Assembly (NCBI GenBank): GCA_037441705.1
Contig: JBBIRR010000050.1
Coordinates: forward strand, 1 to 26,665
From: Ignavibacteriales bacterium
Lineage (GTDB): Bacteria > Bacteroidota > Ignavibacteria > UBA10030 > UBA6906
DNA: 26,665 nucleotides
Direction: 5' to 3'
Shown one piece after another: positions 26,649-26,665 of the stretch (the first letter of the stretch is position 1; every line of letters starts with the position of its first letter). The notes beneath the pieces are model-generated. The model saw only the letters and a list, made by a program, of their open reading frames with translations, was not told where the DNA came from and made no database searches. Made by a program: the position numbers and the translations under genes.

Positions 26649-26665
26649 TTCTCTTGCTCCTTCAT

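Noticed and set aside
26546-26665. N-terminal extension of ORF 26312..26665
   Set aside because: The strong SD before ATG 26545 and the position of the GIDVHK motif indicate the real start; the upstream part is better explained as a structured noncoding leader.
1-26665. tRNA, rRNA, CRISPR arrays, prophage or defence-system genes
   Set aside because: None recognised by eye; intergenic spaces are short and lack cloverleaf or repeat-spacer patterns.

Overview
GC-rich chromosomal segment, most likely from an Ignavibacteria-like member of the Bacteroidota/Chlorobiota group. This placement is inferred from a short primary sigma factor of the '[15 protein letters not shown]' type, a T9SS/FlgD-like C-terminal sorting domain and a DUF5683-like protein. 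Most of it is a minus-strand housekeeping run: rpoD-like sigma, NlpC/P60, def, fmt, parA, parB, ridA, spmA/B, sugar-phosphate nucleotidyltransferase, metK and ahcY. Less ordinary content: (1) three tandem paralogous stand-alone receiver proteins sharing a C-terminal DKTTP...LMFGxF motif, two of them behind a sigma54-type promoter; (2) a ~1410-aa secreted 4x[CARDB-like + lamin-tail] protein; (3) a secreted AGE-epimerase/GH26 mannanase fusion with an in-frame 87-bp tandem duplication; (4) a tight cluster of AbrB-like protein, His-substituted PIN protein, two bacterial-microcompartment vertex genes and rpoD; (5) a small Cys4 protein resembling ribosomal protein bL38/DUF4295; (6) a membrane GAF-GAF-degenerate GGDEF protein; (7) at the right end, an amber-inactivated IS3-type element abutting a truncated IS110 transposase, whose 5' noncoding leader can fold into a multi-branched RNA (bridge/seekRNA candidate). 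fmt has no canonical start codon ahead of its conserved first strand. All calls come from motif recognition by eye; no searches or folding programs were run.
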